Assembly: GCA_938033205.1 (NCBI GenBank)
Contig: CALHJP010000001.1
Span: forward strand, 73,978 to 137,977
Direction: 5' to 3'
Length of the DNA: 64,000 nucleotides
Source: an uncultured Collinsella sp.
GTDB taxonomy: Bacteria; Actinomycetota; Coriobacteriia; Coriobacteriales; Coriobacteriaceae
In this document: piece by piece, positions 39,484-50,682 of the stretch
Numbering within the stretch: the stretch's first letter is position 1
Layout of the letters: each line of letters starts with the position of its first letter
Translations under genes and position numbers: made by a program
Notes under the pieces: generated by a model
Told to the model about the DNA's origin: nothing
What the model saw: only the letters and a program-made list of their open reading frames with translations
Databases searched by the model: none

Positions 39484-40908
39484 CTAGCACACACCTTCCA
39501 CAAAGCGGTCGAGCTCAACAAAGCGGGAACCCTTGACCAGTACAACATCATGTTTTTCAAGCGCGCCGCCCATGCGGTCGAGCACCTGCTGATAATCGGA
39601 GAACACCTGGATGCGGTCCTCGTCCATGCCCATCATGCGCGCGGCATCGGCCATAAGCTGGGCCAGCTCACCACCCACGCACGCCAGCATGTCGAGCTTC
39701 TTGGCGGCGGCATAGGCGCCCACGAGCTCATGCATGCGAGGAGCCTCATCGCCCATCTCGCCCATCTCGCCCAGGATCGCCATGCGAGACCCCGTGCACG
39801 AAAGCGAGCACAGCAGATCGAGACCGGCTGCCATCGATTCGGCGCTGGCGTTATAGGAGTCATCGATGATGCGTGCACCGCTCTTGGCGCGCTTGATCTC
39901 CTGGCGGTGACCGGTGATTGTGAGGCCCCTAAAGGCAGCATCGATCTGCTCGGGCGTCACGCCCAGGCGATAGGCAACCGCGGCGGCCTTAACGGCATTT
40001 GGAACGGACTGCACGCCGGGGATAGCAAGCATGGTATCGATTGTCTCGCCCTGACCAAAATCGAGCGTAAAGACCGGACGGCCCTCGTCATCAACACGAA
40101 CTTCGCGGGCGCGGACCTCATCATCGTCCGAGACGCCGGCCAGCATCACATCGATACCAGCAGGCTGGGCGAACGTATCGCGAATGAACGGCGTAAAGTC
40201 GTCCTCACCGCCCAAAACCAGCAGCGGCAAGAAGTCGCCGGCGGCGCACATACCCTGGACAATCTCGGCCTTAGCGCGGGCGATGTTCTCGCGGCTGCCC
40301 AAAATGCCGATGTGAGAGGTGCCGATCTTGCTCACGATGGCAAGGTTGGGATTGGCGGACTGGGACAGGCGCTCGATCTCGTGGAAATGGTTCATGCCCA
40401 TCTCGAGCACCAGGACCTCGGTACCGGCCGGGGCGGAAAGCACCGTGAGCGGCATGCCGATCAGGTTATTGAAATTGCCCTTGGTGGCCCAGACACGATA
40501 GCGCTTGGCGAGTACAGCGGCGAGCACGTCCTTGGTCGTCGTCTTGCCGATGGAACCGGTAATGCCAACGACCAGGCAGCCAAGCTCCAGGCGATACGCG
40601 TGCGCCAAACGCAGCAGAAACTCCTCGGGATCATCGGTCAGCAGGATGGCGCATCCCTTGTCCTGCGCCAGCGAGACCAACTCGGCATCGGGCTCACGCG
40701 TCATCACGACGGCGCCGGCACCCGACTGGACGGCACGGGAAGCAAAATCATTGCCGTCGACGTTTTCACCGGGAAAGGCGACGAAAATCGTCCCTTCCTC
40801 GACCTGGCGCGAGTCGATAACGCACCCGCGGCATACCCGATCGACTTCTCCCGTCACGGTTCGGGCCCCTGTTGCGGCCGCGAGGTTGTTGACGGCGATC
40901 TCTATCAT
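39484..40908 (-). CDS. murF: UDP-N-acetylmuramoyl-tripeptide--D-alanyl-D-alanine ligase
   Basis: GITGSIGKTTTKD P-loop, MurF domain organisation. Confidence 0.9.
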   Translation of the reverse strand: MIEIAVNNLAAATGARTVTGEVDRVCRGCVIDSRQVEEGTIFVAFPGENVDGNDFASRAVQSGAGAVVMTREPDAELVSLAQDKGCAILLTDDPEEFLLRLAHAYRLELGCLVVGITGSIGKTTTKDVLAAVLAKRYRVWATKGNFNNLIGMPLTVLSAPAGTEVLVLEMGMNHFHEIERLSQSANPNLAIVSKIGTSHIGILGSRENIARAKAEIVQGMCAAGDFLPLLVLGGEDDFTPFIRDTFAQPAGIDVMLAGVSDDDEVRAREVRVDDEGRPVFTLDFGQGETIDTMLAIPGVQSVPNAVKAAAVAYRLGVTPEQIDAAFRGLTITGHRQEIKRAKSGARIIDDSYNASAESMAAGLDLLCSLSCTGSRMAILGEMGEMGDEAPRMHELVGAYAAAKKLDMLACVGGELAQLMADAARMMGMDEDRIQVFSDYQQVLDRMGGALEKHDVVLVKGSRFVELDRFVEGVC

Positions 40909-41035
40909 TGCAGCTCCCCTGTAAACCTAATAATGCTATCGGCGTATTGTATCCCAGCGCCGCGCATGCGTGGTGCAGGGCATGTGAACACCCCTCATAT
41001 GGGACAACAAACCATGCCCCAAAGATTGTAACCCC

Positions 41036-42901
41036 CTACTTCGTGCGCGGGATGCCCAGCACGTCGAGCGCGTTGGCCATAATGGACTGGAACGGCACCG
41101 CAGCGGCATCTGAGCCGCTCGGCGTTCCGTCGAGCGTGATATAGCACAGCACCTTGGGTGATTGTGCCGGCGCAAAGCCCATAAAGGACGACATGTAGTT
41201 CTCCTTGAGGTAGCCGCCGTTCTCGTCGGCACGTTCGGCCGTGCCGGTCTTGCCCGCCACGTCATAGCCGTCAACTGCGCCGCCAACGCCCATGCCTTCA
41301 GACACGACCGTCTGCATGCACGATGTCACCTGGGATGCTGCATCCTCAGAAATCGCACGCTCGCCTTCGCCCCAGTCCTTCTCGTCGCCTTTGCTGGACT
41401 TATAGAAGTGCGGGGTCATCATCACGCCGCCGTTAGCGATGCCGCCCACGGCACGTGCGATCTCAATCGGCGAGACAGACAGCGCCTGTCCAAAGCTCAT
41501 TGAGCCCAGCGTGGCGCCGTCATACTGGTCACGCTCCTTGACGATGCCCAGGCTCTCGCCCGGAAAATCTACACCAGAGCTGTGACCGATGCCCCACTTG
41601 TCCACATAGGCGGCAAAGTCGTCGGCACCGATCTTGCGCCCCACCAGGACAAAGCCCACGTTGGACGAACGGCGCATCATCTCGCGCACATCCATGGTCA
41701 TGGCATAGTCGCGCTTGTCGGCATCGGTGACGGTATCGTCGCCCACCTTGATGCTCGCCGGCACCTCAAACGACGTACTCGATCGCACGACGCCCAAGTC
41801 GAAGCCGGCGCCCGCCACGAGTGTCTTAAAGACCGAGCCGGGCTCGTAGGCGTCGGTAACCAGGCGCAGGTTCATATCCTCGGTCTTGGCGTTTTCCAAA
41901 TCGGTCTGGTCGTAGGTCGGATACGAGCAGGCTGCCAAGATCTCTCCTGTCGTAGGATCGGTGACCAGCGCCGAGCCGTTCTTGGCCTTAGTCTTCTCAA
42001 CTGCCTCTGCCAGGGCATCCTCGGCCGCACGCTGGATATTGACGTCGAGCGTCGTCACGATATCAACGCCGTCGACCGCAGCCACCTTTTTATAGGCACC
42101 GCCCGCGATATAGCTGCCGTCCCTCGCGCGCTCGCGTACGAGAGAACCGTTCGTGCCGGTCAGAAGCTTGTTGTATTGCTTTTCGAGACCAGTCAAGCCG
42201 TCGTTGTCTACATTCACTACACCCAGCACCTGCGATGCCAGATTGCCGTATGGATATACGCGCTTCATGGCCTGCTCAAAAAGCACGCCGGGCAGGTTCT
42301 TCTTCTCCAGCGCCACAGCATCGTCTTCGTCCACCTGGCGCTTGATATACACCCAGGTTCCATCGGACTCGACGAGCTTGCGGCAGGTCTTTTTATCGAT
42401 TCCAGTTGCCTTGACCAGCGCCGACACCGTCTTGTCAACGTCCTCGACAAGCTGCGGGTTCACGGCGATGTTGCGACATTCGACCGACGACGCCAGCACG
42501 TTACCGTTGCGGTCGTAGATGGTGCCACGTTTGGCATAGAGGGTCTGCGCAAGCAGGCGACGCGCATCGGCACGCTCGCGCAGTTTATCGGCTTCGACAA
42601 TTTGATAGTCGGCAAGGCGAAAGACGCCCAAGCCCAAGCCAAGCCCGATGAATCCCATGACGGCTTTGCGGCGAGGCAGCGGCGTGCCCGTGAGCCATTC
42701 GGTCGACGAACTCTTGCGCGACCTGGTGTTATGCACTTGAGGGCCACCCGAGCCGCGAAGTCGCGACGCCGGGTCGTTGCCACGGGACCGCCCGGCGTTG
42801 TAAGATTGCCGACCCGTTCCTTGATAACCAGAACGTCCCCGCGACGAGGGACGTCCAGAACCGCGGCCCCCATCGGAACCGCGGCGATAGTCATTTGTCA
42901 T
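41036..42901 (-). CDS. ftsI: Class B penicillin-binding protein (FtsI-like transpeptidase)
   Basis: N-terminal TM anchor, dimerisation domain, transpeptidase motifs (SxxK ...STFK-like SVFK, SSN as SSNVG, KTG as KTGTAE). Confidence 0.9.
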   Translation of the reverse strand: MTNDYRRGSDGGRGSGRPSSRGRSGYQGTGRQSYNAGRSRGNDPASRLRGSGGPQVHNTRSRKSSSTEWLTGTPLPRRKAVMGFIGLGLGLGVFRLADYQIVEADKLRERADARRLLAQTLYAKRGTIYDRNGNVLASSVECRNIAVNPQLVEDVDKTVSALVKATGIDKKTCRKLVESDGTWVYIKRQVDEDDAVALEKKNLPGVLFEQAMKRVYPYGNLASQVLGVVNVDNDGLTGLEKQYNKLLTGTNGSLVRERARDGSYIAGGAYKKVAAVDGVDIVTTLDVNIQRAAEDALAEAVEKTKAKNGSALVTDPTTGEILAACSYPTYDQTDLENAKTEDMNLRLVTDAYEPGSVFKTLVAGAGFDLGVVRSSTSFEVPASIKVGDDTVTDADKRDYAMTMDVREMMRRSSNVGFVLVGRKIGADDFAAYVDKWGIGHSSGVDFPGESLGIVKERDQYDGATLGSMSFGQALSVSPIEIARAVGGIANGGVMMTPHFYKSSKGDEKDWGEGERAISEDAASQVTSCMQTVVSEGMGVGGAVDGYDVAGKTGTAERADENGGYLKENYMSSFMGFAPAQSPKVLCYITLDGTPSGSDAAAVPFQSIMANALDVLGIPRTK

Positions 42902-42918
42902 ACTCAGCTACCGTCTTG

Positions 42919-43389
42919 CTACTGAGCGGTCGCGGTCGCGTTGGCGCCCGCGGCTGCATCCTGCGAAAAGTCAAGTGTAACGCTCTCGCTGAGCTCCACC
43001 ATGCCATAAGCGCCCGCAAGGTCGCGAATGCGCGTGTCGGCGCCATAGACCGAATGCATGACCTCCAGGTCGGAGCTCTCATCGGTCGCCTTTTCGAGCG
43101 TGTTGGTAAGCTCGGCGTTGCTGTTGAGCACCTGGGCCGTAACGCCGGCGAGCGCCACGCGGGCGACGCCGATCGTCATGAAGATAGCCGCAATGATGCA
43201 AAACGTTTTAAGAACGCTCATGAAAACCGGGCTTACCGCCTGGTTTGCCTGACGGCCCGCGCCCGTGTAGACATCAAAGCGCGGCGTGCGCTGCTCACGG
43301 GGAGCAACGGGGGCCTGCGGCGTCTCACGATAGGCGGGCATGGCGTTCATATCATAGGCGAGTGCTGCGTTTGAAGTGTTGTAGCCCAT
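42919..43389 (-). CDS. ftsL: FtsL-like cell-division protein
   Basis: Small bitopic protein: one TM segment (FCIIAAIFMTIGVARVALAGV) followed by a coiled-coil-like region; position between rsmH and ftsI. Confidence 0.6.
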   Translation of the reverse strand: MGYNTSNAALAYDMNAMPAYRETPQAPVAPREQRTPRFDVYTGAGRQANQAVSPVFMSVLKTFCIIAAIFMTIGVARVALAGVTAQVLNSNAELTNTLEKATDESSDLEVMHSVYGADTRIRDLAGAYGMVELSESVTLDFSQDAAAGANATATAQ

Positions 43390-43479
43390 GATATGCCGCC
43401 TCCCATCCCGAGTACGTTGGTAGTGTGTTTAAGCTTCGTTTATGGTGCGAGCGGGAGGTCCAATATCGCGCGGTCGCGC

Positions 43480-44445
43480 CTACAGACGCTGCGCCACGCG
43501 GATTTTGGCTGATCTCGCCCGAGGGTTGCGCTCAACCTCATCAGGCTGGGCAACCAGGGGTTTGCGGGTGATGACCTTGAGTATCGGCACGTTGCCGCAC
43601 ACGCACACCGGAATCTCCGGCGGACACGTGCACCCCTGGCTCATCTCCTTAAAGTGGTTCTTTACGATACGGTCCTCGAGCGAGTGATACGAAATGACGC
43701 AGATACGCCCGCCCGGGTTGAGCCACCTGGTGGCGGCATCAAGCCCTCGTTCGAGCACATCGAGCTCGTGATTGACCTCGATGCGAATGGCCTGGAAACT
43801 TTTCTTGGCCGGGTGTCCACCATGCCGACGAGCGGCAGCCGGGATACCCGCCTTGATGATCTCGACAAATTGGCCGGTGGTTTCGATCGGTTCTTGCTCG
43901 CGGCGGCGCACGATCTCGCGCGCGATCTGCGAGGCGAACTTCTCTTCGCCGTAGACGCGTAGAATCCGGGCGAGGTCGTGTTCGTTATAGGTGTTGATGA
44001 CCTCAGCTGCGTTTAAGGTGTTATTGCCCGGATCCATCCGCATGTCCAATGGGGCGTCCTCGTTATACGAAAAGCCCCTGCCAGGGATATCGAGTTGCGG
44101 TGACGAAACGCCCAAATCGAACAGGAAGCCATCGACCCCGGGCACCTCGGCCGAGCAAAGCAGCTCGTCCAAGTCGCCGAAGTTGCCCTTCAGCAGCTGG
44201 TGCGGAACGCCGGGAACCTCGCGGTCCAGACGGGCGCCAGCGGCCTCGAGGGCCATGTCGTCCTGATCGACGCCGAGCAAAAGGCCCGTCTCCCCCACCT
44301 GTGCGGCCATCTTTACCGAATGGCCGGCACCGCCAAGGGTGCAATCGCAGACAACGGAGCCGCTCTTTAGCTGCAGCGACTCAAGCACTTCGCCGAGCAT
44401 GACAGGTTCATGCCGATATTCTTGTGTCAAGATCCCACGCTCCAT
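43480..44445 (-). CDS. rsmH: 16S rRNA (cytosine1402-N4)-methyltransferase
   Basis: ...HEPVMLGEVL...DCTLGGAGHS...FDLGVSSPQLD...YHSLEDRIVK... are RsmH/MraW motifs. Confidence 0.95.
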   Translation of the reverse strand: MERGILTQEYRHEPVMLGEVLESLQLKSGSVVCDCTLGGAGHSVKMAAQVGETGLLLGVDQDDMALEAAGARLDREVPGVPHQLLKGNFGDLDELLCSAEVPGVDGFLFDLGVSSPQLDIPGRGFSYNEDAPLDMRMDPGNNTLNAAEVINTYNEHDLARILRVYGEEKFASQIAREIVRRREQEPIETTGQFVEIIKAGIPAAARRHGGHPAKKSFQAIRIEVNHELDVLERGLDAATRWLNPGGRICVISYHSLEDRIVKNHFKEMSQGCTCPPEIPVCVCGNVPILKVITRKPLVAQPDEVERNPRARSAKIRVAQRL

Positions 44446-44465
44446 CCGTTACCCGTGCCTTGCCC

Positions 44466-44900
44466 TTACGAGAAGAAGAGGTCCAGCAGGGCCTCATCGT
44501 CATCGTCCTCATCGGCCGCGGCGCGATCCCAAACCTCAAGGTGGTCGTAGTTGCCCACAACCGTGACCTCGCGGTCGAGGTTCGCCTGCTTGCGGAGAGA
44601 CTCGGAAAGACCGATACGACCGGCGCTGTCCACATCCATCGACGTGGTGCGCTTGTTGATCGCCCTCATGAGCTTCTGGTCGTTAATGTCACGCGGGTTA
44701 AAACCCTCGTGGCCCTCACGACCCGCGAAGAGTCCTTCGACCCACTTATCGAAGGCCTCGGCAGAGAACACGTACAGAGCATCGACATCCAGGGCTTTGA
44801 ACACGCGAACGTGCTCTCCAAGCTCCTCGCGAAGGGGTGCAGGCAGGGACAGACGACCTTTTGCATCGAGATTGCGCTCGTATGCACCAGTCATTCCCAT
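44466..44900 (-). CDS. mraZ: Transcriptional regulator MraZ
   Basis: Two MraZ/SpoVT-AbrB repeats (LDAKGRLSLP..., MDVDSAGRIGL...); acidic C-terminus. Confidence 0.9.
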   Translation of the reverse strand: MGMTGAYERNLDAKGRLSLPAPLREELGEHVRVFKALDVDALYVFSAEAFDKWVEGLFAGREGHEGFNPRDINDQKLMRAINKRTTSMDVDSAGRIGLSESLRKQANLDREVTVVGNYDHLEVWDRAAADEDDDDEALLDLFFS

Positions 44901-45004
44901 GTGCGCCCTCCCCTCGGTTACTCAGATGGCACGTACGCGGGGAACCACCCCGCCTGTCGACGTCATCAATAATATGGGGAACCGCCCCATTTTTCAACAC
45001 CTTT

Positions 45005-45045
45005 CCCCACCCCTTCCCCCACCCCTCCCCACCATTCCACCCCCA
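45005..45045 (-). promoter_or_regulatory. Candidate MraZ operator: GTGG(G) direct repeats with about 10-bp periodicity upstream of mraZ
   Basis: Minus-strand reads GGGGGTGGAATGGTGGGGAGGGGTGGGGGAAGGGGTGGGG, with GTGG at offsets 5, 13, 23, 35; located about 105-145 bp upstream of the mraZ ATG. Confidence 0.5.
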
Positions 45046-45362
45046 ATATGTTGTAAAACACCCCCGAGCATATGTTCGAAAACACAATATGTTGTGTTTG
45101 CAGCAAAGGCGGGATGCCACCTGTAGAACCACACCCGCGAACCTCAACCTTCAAGTTGACCTTGAGGCGATTTTTACGTCCCTTTACACGCCGTTCACAT
45201 CGCCCCCAAACTCCCCCACCCACGGTACACACGGCCCACCGCCGCATCGGTGTCTAACGAAAAATGGGACGGGCCCCAGATTGCCCATGCGCGCAAAAGT
45301 GCGTCTCGGCAATCTGGGGCCCGTCCCCTTTAGTATTTATAAATATGCAGGTCAGCGATGTG

Positions 45363-46304
45363 TTAACGATGCGCCAGCGGGTGCGCCGCCAGATAGACCT
45401 CGGTCAGTTGCGTACGATCGACATGCGTGTAGACCTGCGTGGTCGATATATCGGCATGTCCCAAGATCTCCTGCAGCACACGGAGGTCTGCGCCGCCCGC
45501 AAGCATATGGGTGGCAAAGGAGTGACGCAGCGTATGGGGATGGAGTCCCACCAGCCCCACCTGGCGCCCGTAGCGCTCACAGATGGCATGGATGCCCTGG
45601 CGCGACAGACGGCGGCCGTTCTTATTTAAAAAGACCGCCGAGGTCTCGGTTCCGCGGGCATGGGCCGCCAAGCGAGAACGCCCCTTAGTTATATAGCGCG
45701 TCAGAGCTCGCGCCGCGCTTCCCACCAACGGGGACAGGCGTTCCTTTGAGCCCTTACCGCGAACGAGTACAAAACCATCGTCGATATGGATATCGCCCAC
45801 ATCGAGCCCCACCAACTCGCTCACACGCAAGCCGCATCCGTAGAGCACTTCCAAGATGGCATGGTCGCGCAAGCCCATCTCGCCCTCGGGGAAGTCTTGA
45901 TCGAGCAGCGCCGAGACATCCTCCACCGATAGATACTCCGGCAAACGCTCAGCCTTTTTAGGCAGGCGCAACGCCGCCGTTGGATTTTGGGCCACAATCC
46001 CATCGCGCACCAAAAAGGCATGCAGGCCCTTCACGGCCGCAAGCGCACGCTCCACCGAGGCATCGGAATAGCCCCCATCGCGACGGTCGGCGACAAAGCC
46101 CTCCACGACCCGACAAGTCACCTCATCAAAAGACATGATGCCCGCCCGCTCCAGATAGGCGCAGTACGTCGTCAGGTCACGACGATAGGCCGCAATCGTG
46201 TTGCGCGCCAAACCCCGCTCGACCGCGAGGTAATCGAGATACTCCCCCGCCGCCACGGCGAGCGACGAGGGAGTAGCTTCGGTATGTTCTTTGTTCGCCG
46301 GCAC
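45363..46304 (-). CDS. xerD: Tyrosine recombinase XerD (chromosomal dimer resolution); probable GTG start
   Basis: ...EYLDYLAVERGLARNTIAAYRRDLTTY..., catalytic R...HxxR...Y (LRHSFATHML...VYTHV); GTG immediately after the pyrG stop gives a VPANKEH... N-terminus; the only upstream ATG would overlap pyrG by 150 nt. Confidence 0.8.
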   Translation of the reverse strand: MPANKEHTEATPSSLAVAAGEYLDYLAVERGLARNTIAAYRRDLTTYCAYLERAGIMSFDEVTCRVVEGFVADRRDGGYSDASVERALAAVKGLHAFLVRDGIVAQNPTAALRLPKKAERLPEYLSVEDVSALLDQDFPEGEMGLRDHAILEVLYGCGLRVSELVGLDVGDIHIDDGFVLVRGKGSKERLSPLVGSAARALTRYITKGRSRLAAHARGTETSAVFLNKNGRRLSRQGIHAICERYGRQVGLVGLHPHTLRHSFATHMLAGGADLRVLQEILGHADISTTQVYTHVDRTQLTEVYLAAHPLAHR

Positions 46305-46306
46305 CC

Positions 46307-47974
<1,668 letters not shown>

Positions 47975-48087
47975 TTACCTGCGCTTCCCGTAGAAGTTGT
48001 TTATCCACATCTTACGGGTCTTCATTGTAATACTCGCGCCGCGGACCGTCCGCAATTTTTCTCGCGTGCGATTGCATTTCTCGATCT

Positions 48088-48122
48088 TGAAACAAAACGC
48101 CGCCCGGTTTCCCAGGCGGCGT
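48088..48122 (-). terminator. Intrinsic terminator after the winged-helix gene
   Basis: 8-bp stem ACGCCGCC/GGCGGCGT; on the minus strand it is followed by UUUUGUUUC. Confidence 0.55.
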
Positions 48123-48146
48123 CGCTATGGCAAGGGTTACATGCTG

Positions 48147-48485
48147 CTATCGATCAGCAACCTCGTCCTCAAGCATTTCTTGAACGAGCATGCCGGTACG
48201 GACGCCCTCAAGATACCACTCACCACGTTCGGTGAGGCAAATGCCATTTGCAAGCTGACCGCCGTCGTCGCTATAACGCGAGACGACATCAATCATACCT
48301 TCGGAATCCAAGCGATCGATTGCGGCGCGGGCACGATACGGCGAAACCCCCACGCGCTCGGCAAGCGTTTTGCGCGAGAAACCATACGGCCCGCCATTGT
48401 CTTCGGTTTGCTGGTCGATCTCCATCAACACCAGCACCTCGACACGCTTCATATCGTTGACACTCGCACGACCCTTGCCCGCCAT
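48147..48485 (-). CDS. Small winged-helix DNA-binding protein (MarR/ArsR-like)
   Basis: ...FSRKTLAERVGVSPYRARAAIDRLDSEGMIDVVSR... has an HTH-wing pattern; start at MAGKGRAS preceded by GGAGG. Confidence 0.5.
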   Translation of the reverse strand: MAGKGRASVNDMKRVEVLVLMEIDQQTEDNGGPYGFSRKTLAERVGVSPYRARAAIDRLDSEGMIDVVSRYSDDGGQLANGICLTERGEWYLEGVRTGMLVQEMLEDEVADR

Positions 48486-48673
48486 AGCAGCCTCCTCAAA
48501 CCGAGCACGAGCATCTAACGCGCCGTGCGCGACCGACACACCTCACGATGGCAGGTAATATCCATCATGCGGCATCCCGCTAAGGATGAAACAGTTACGG
48601 TTATTGTATACCGCTCAAATTGTTTCTGGGCAGGTAAACAGCTATTTTTCGCCGAAATAGACGCTTTATTGAT

Positions 48674-48706
48674 CAAAAAGCCGTACCGGGCGCTAACCCG
48701 ATACGG
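48674..48706 (-). terminator. Intrinsic terminator after the DUF1846 gene
   Basis: Imperfect hairpin CCGTACCGGG-CGCTAA-CCCGATACGG; on the minus strand it is followed by CUUUUUGAUC. Confidence 0.5.
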
Positions 48707-48741
48707 CCAAAATGCAATGCAATTACCGCGGTGCTTCAAAC

Positions 48742-50223
48742 TTAGCGATGGAAGAAACCGCGGCGCTCAAACTTGGGCTCGCAGCACACGTTGATGCCCA
48801 ACTTGCGCAGTACCGTCTCGTCCGTCGGCGAGATAATCACGCTAAAGAAGGCATCGCAACCGCGCAGCTGCTCCAGGCCCGAAAGGACGCGAGCGGCCGT
48901 CTCACTCGTGGCCGAGGTGATCGACAGCGCCATAAGCGTCTCGTCGGTGTGGAGGCGCGGGTTTTTGCTGCCCAGGAAATGCGTCTTGAGCTTGCTGATG
49001 GGCTCGATCGCCTCATCGCTAATGACCTCGAGCTCAAGGTCGACGCCCGAGACATGCTTGAGGGCGTTCATAATGAGCGAACTTGCGGCGCCCAGGCGCG
49101 TGGAGGTCTTACCGGTCACCACGGAGCCATCGGGCATGACCATGGCACCCACGGGACCACCCGTCAGCTGCTCCCTGGTGAGGGCCGCCGAGCGCGCCGG
49201 TGAGTAGTTCTTATCGATGCCGGCTTTCTTCATAATAATCTTGAGACGGTCGACTTGCTCATCGCCCACGCCGGTACGGCGCACATTTTCGACCGCGGTA
49301 AAGTAGCGGCGGACGATCTCCATCTTGGAAGCGTCGCGGCAGGCATCGTCATCGGTGATGGCAAAACCGACCATATTGACGCCCATGTCCGTAGGGCTCT
49401 GGTAGGGGCTCTTGCCCAGGATCTTTTCCATCAGGGCACGGACTACCGGGAAGGCCTCGACGTCGCGGTTGTAGTTGACCGTGGTCTTGTTGTAGGCCTC
49501 CAGGTGGAAGGAGTCGATGATGTTGGCGTCATCGAGGTCTGCCGTGGCGGCCTCGTAGGCAATATTGACCGGATGCGTAAGGGGCAGATTCCAAACCGGG
49601 AAGGTCTCGAATTTGGCATAGCCGGCGGCCGTGCCATGCTTGTGCTCGTGATAGAGCTGAGACAGGCAAGTGGCGAGCTTGCCCGAGCCAGGGCCGGGCG
49701 CCGTCACGACAACGAGCGGTCGGGTGGTCTCGACAAACTCGTTCTTGCCATAGCCGTCGTCGGACACAATCAGATCGACATCGTGCGGATACCCCTCGAT
49801 GGGATAGTGCAGCTTGGCGGGAATACCGAGCGCGTTCAGGCGGTTGCGGAACACATCGGCAGCGGGCTGTCCAGCGTACTGGGTGATGACCACGGCCGCG
49901 ACAGCAAAGCCGTTGCCGCGGAACAGGTCAACCAGGCGCAGCACATCCTCGTCATAGGTAATGCCCAGGTCGCCACGGGCCTTATTCTTCTCGATGTGGT
50001 TCGCGTTGATCGCGATGATGACCTCGACGTCGTCGGCTATGCTCTTGAGCATGCGAAACTTGCTGTCCGGCTCAAAACCCGGCAGCACGCGGCTCGCGTG
50101 ATAGTCGTCAAACAGCTTGCCGCCAAACTCCAAATACAGCTTGCCGCCAAACTGCGAGATGCGCTCCTTAATATGAGCGGCCTGCAGCTCGATATACTTC
50201 GCGTTGTCGAAACCCTGGCGCAT
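48742..50223 (-). CDS. DUF1846 (UPF0371) family protein
   Basis: MRQGFDNAKYIELQAAHIKERI... and overall length (about 493 aa) typical of UPF0371; GGGAG RBS upstream of the second ATG. Confidence 0.8.
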   Translation of the reverse strand: MRQGFDNAKYIELQAAHIKERISQFGGKLYLEFGGKLFDDYHASRVLPGFEPDSKFRMLKSIADDVEVIIAINANHIEKNKARGDLGITYDEDVLRLVDLFRGNGFAVAAVVITQYAGQPAADVFRNRLNALGIPAKLHYPIEGYPHDVDLIVSDDGYGKNEFVETTRPLVVVTAPGPGSGKLATCLSQLYHEHKHGTAAGYAKFETFPVWNLPLTHPVNIAYEAATADLDDANIIDSFHLEAYNKTTVNYNRDVEAFPVVRALMEKILGKSPYQSPTDMGVNMVGFAITDDDACRDASKMEIVRRYFTAVENVRRTGVGDEQVDRLKIIMKKAGIDKNYSPARSAALTREQLTGGPVGAMVMPDGSVVTGKTSTRLGAASSLIMNALKHVSGVDLELEVISDEAIEPISKLKTHFLGSKNPRLHTDETLMALSITSATSETAARVLSGLEQLRGCDAFFSVIISPTDETVLRKLGINVCCEPKFERRGFFHR

Positions 50224-50381
50224 ATATGGCTCCCGTCCCGTTTCCATTTAATGTCTTAGGCGATTATAACGGAGCCTGCCCTCCCCGATGCCCAGGCCAT
50301 CAACAGGCACCAACCAAACACGCCCACCGCAACCGCCGGGGACCCGGGGTGGCTCATTTGGAACGGGAAACAAGGCACTCA

Positions 50382-50560
50382 GCACCAACAATGAAAACGT
50401 CGCAGGTTGAGCATAAGCCAGCGAAAGCCCGCCAGAACGAGCAAGCAGCCCCCTGCACCAACAATGGCAACGCCGCAGGTTGAGCATAAGTCAGCGAAAG
50501 CCCGCCAGAGTAGGCAAGGTGCCCCCGCACCAACAATGGAAAGCGCCGCAGGCAGAGGAC
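50382..50560 (+). repeat. Tandem direct repeat, 72-73 bp unit, 2.5 copies
   Basis: Copies begin at 50382, 50455 and 50527 (GCACCAACAATGRMAACGYCGCAGGTTGAGCATAAGYCAGCGAAAGCCCGCCAGA...); copies 1 and 2 are about 85 percent identical and the third is truncated. Confidence 0.8.
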
Positions 50561-50682
50561 GGACAGCGAGCGCCGTCCAGGACGTACAAGTTGGCATGAA
50601 AAAGGCAAGGCATAGACCTTTTGGTCATGCTTTACCTTTTGAATGACAAATTGTCGTCCTGGGCGGCGCGCAGCGTCAACTG

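Noticed and set aside
50382-50560. Possible CRISPR array
   Set aside because: Only about 2.5 repeat units, the inter-repeat segments are related to each other rather than being unique spacers, the unit is 72 bp, and there are no cas genes.
50226-50646. Small plus-strand ORFs inside the 72-bp tandem repeats (MKTSQVEHKPAKARQ..., MATPQVEHKSAKARQ...)
   Set aside because: They are generated by the repeat itself. All differences between copies are non-synonymous and there is no RBS, so they are treated as non-coding.
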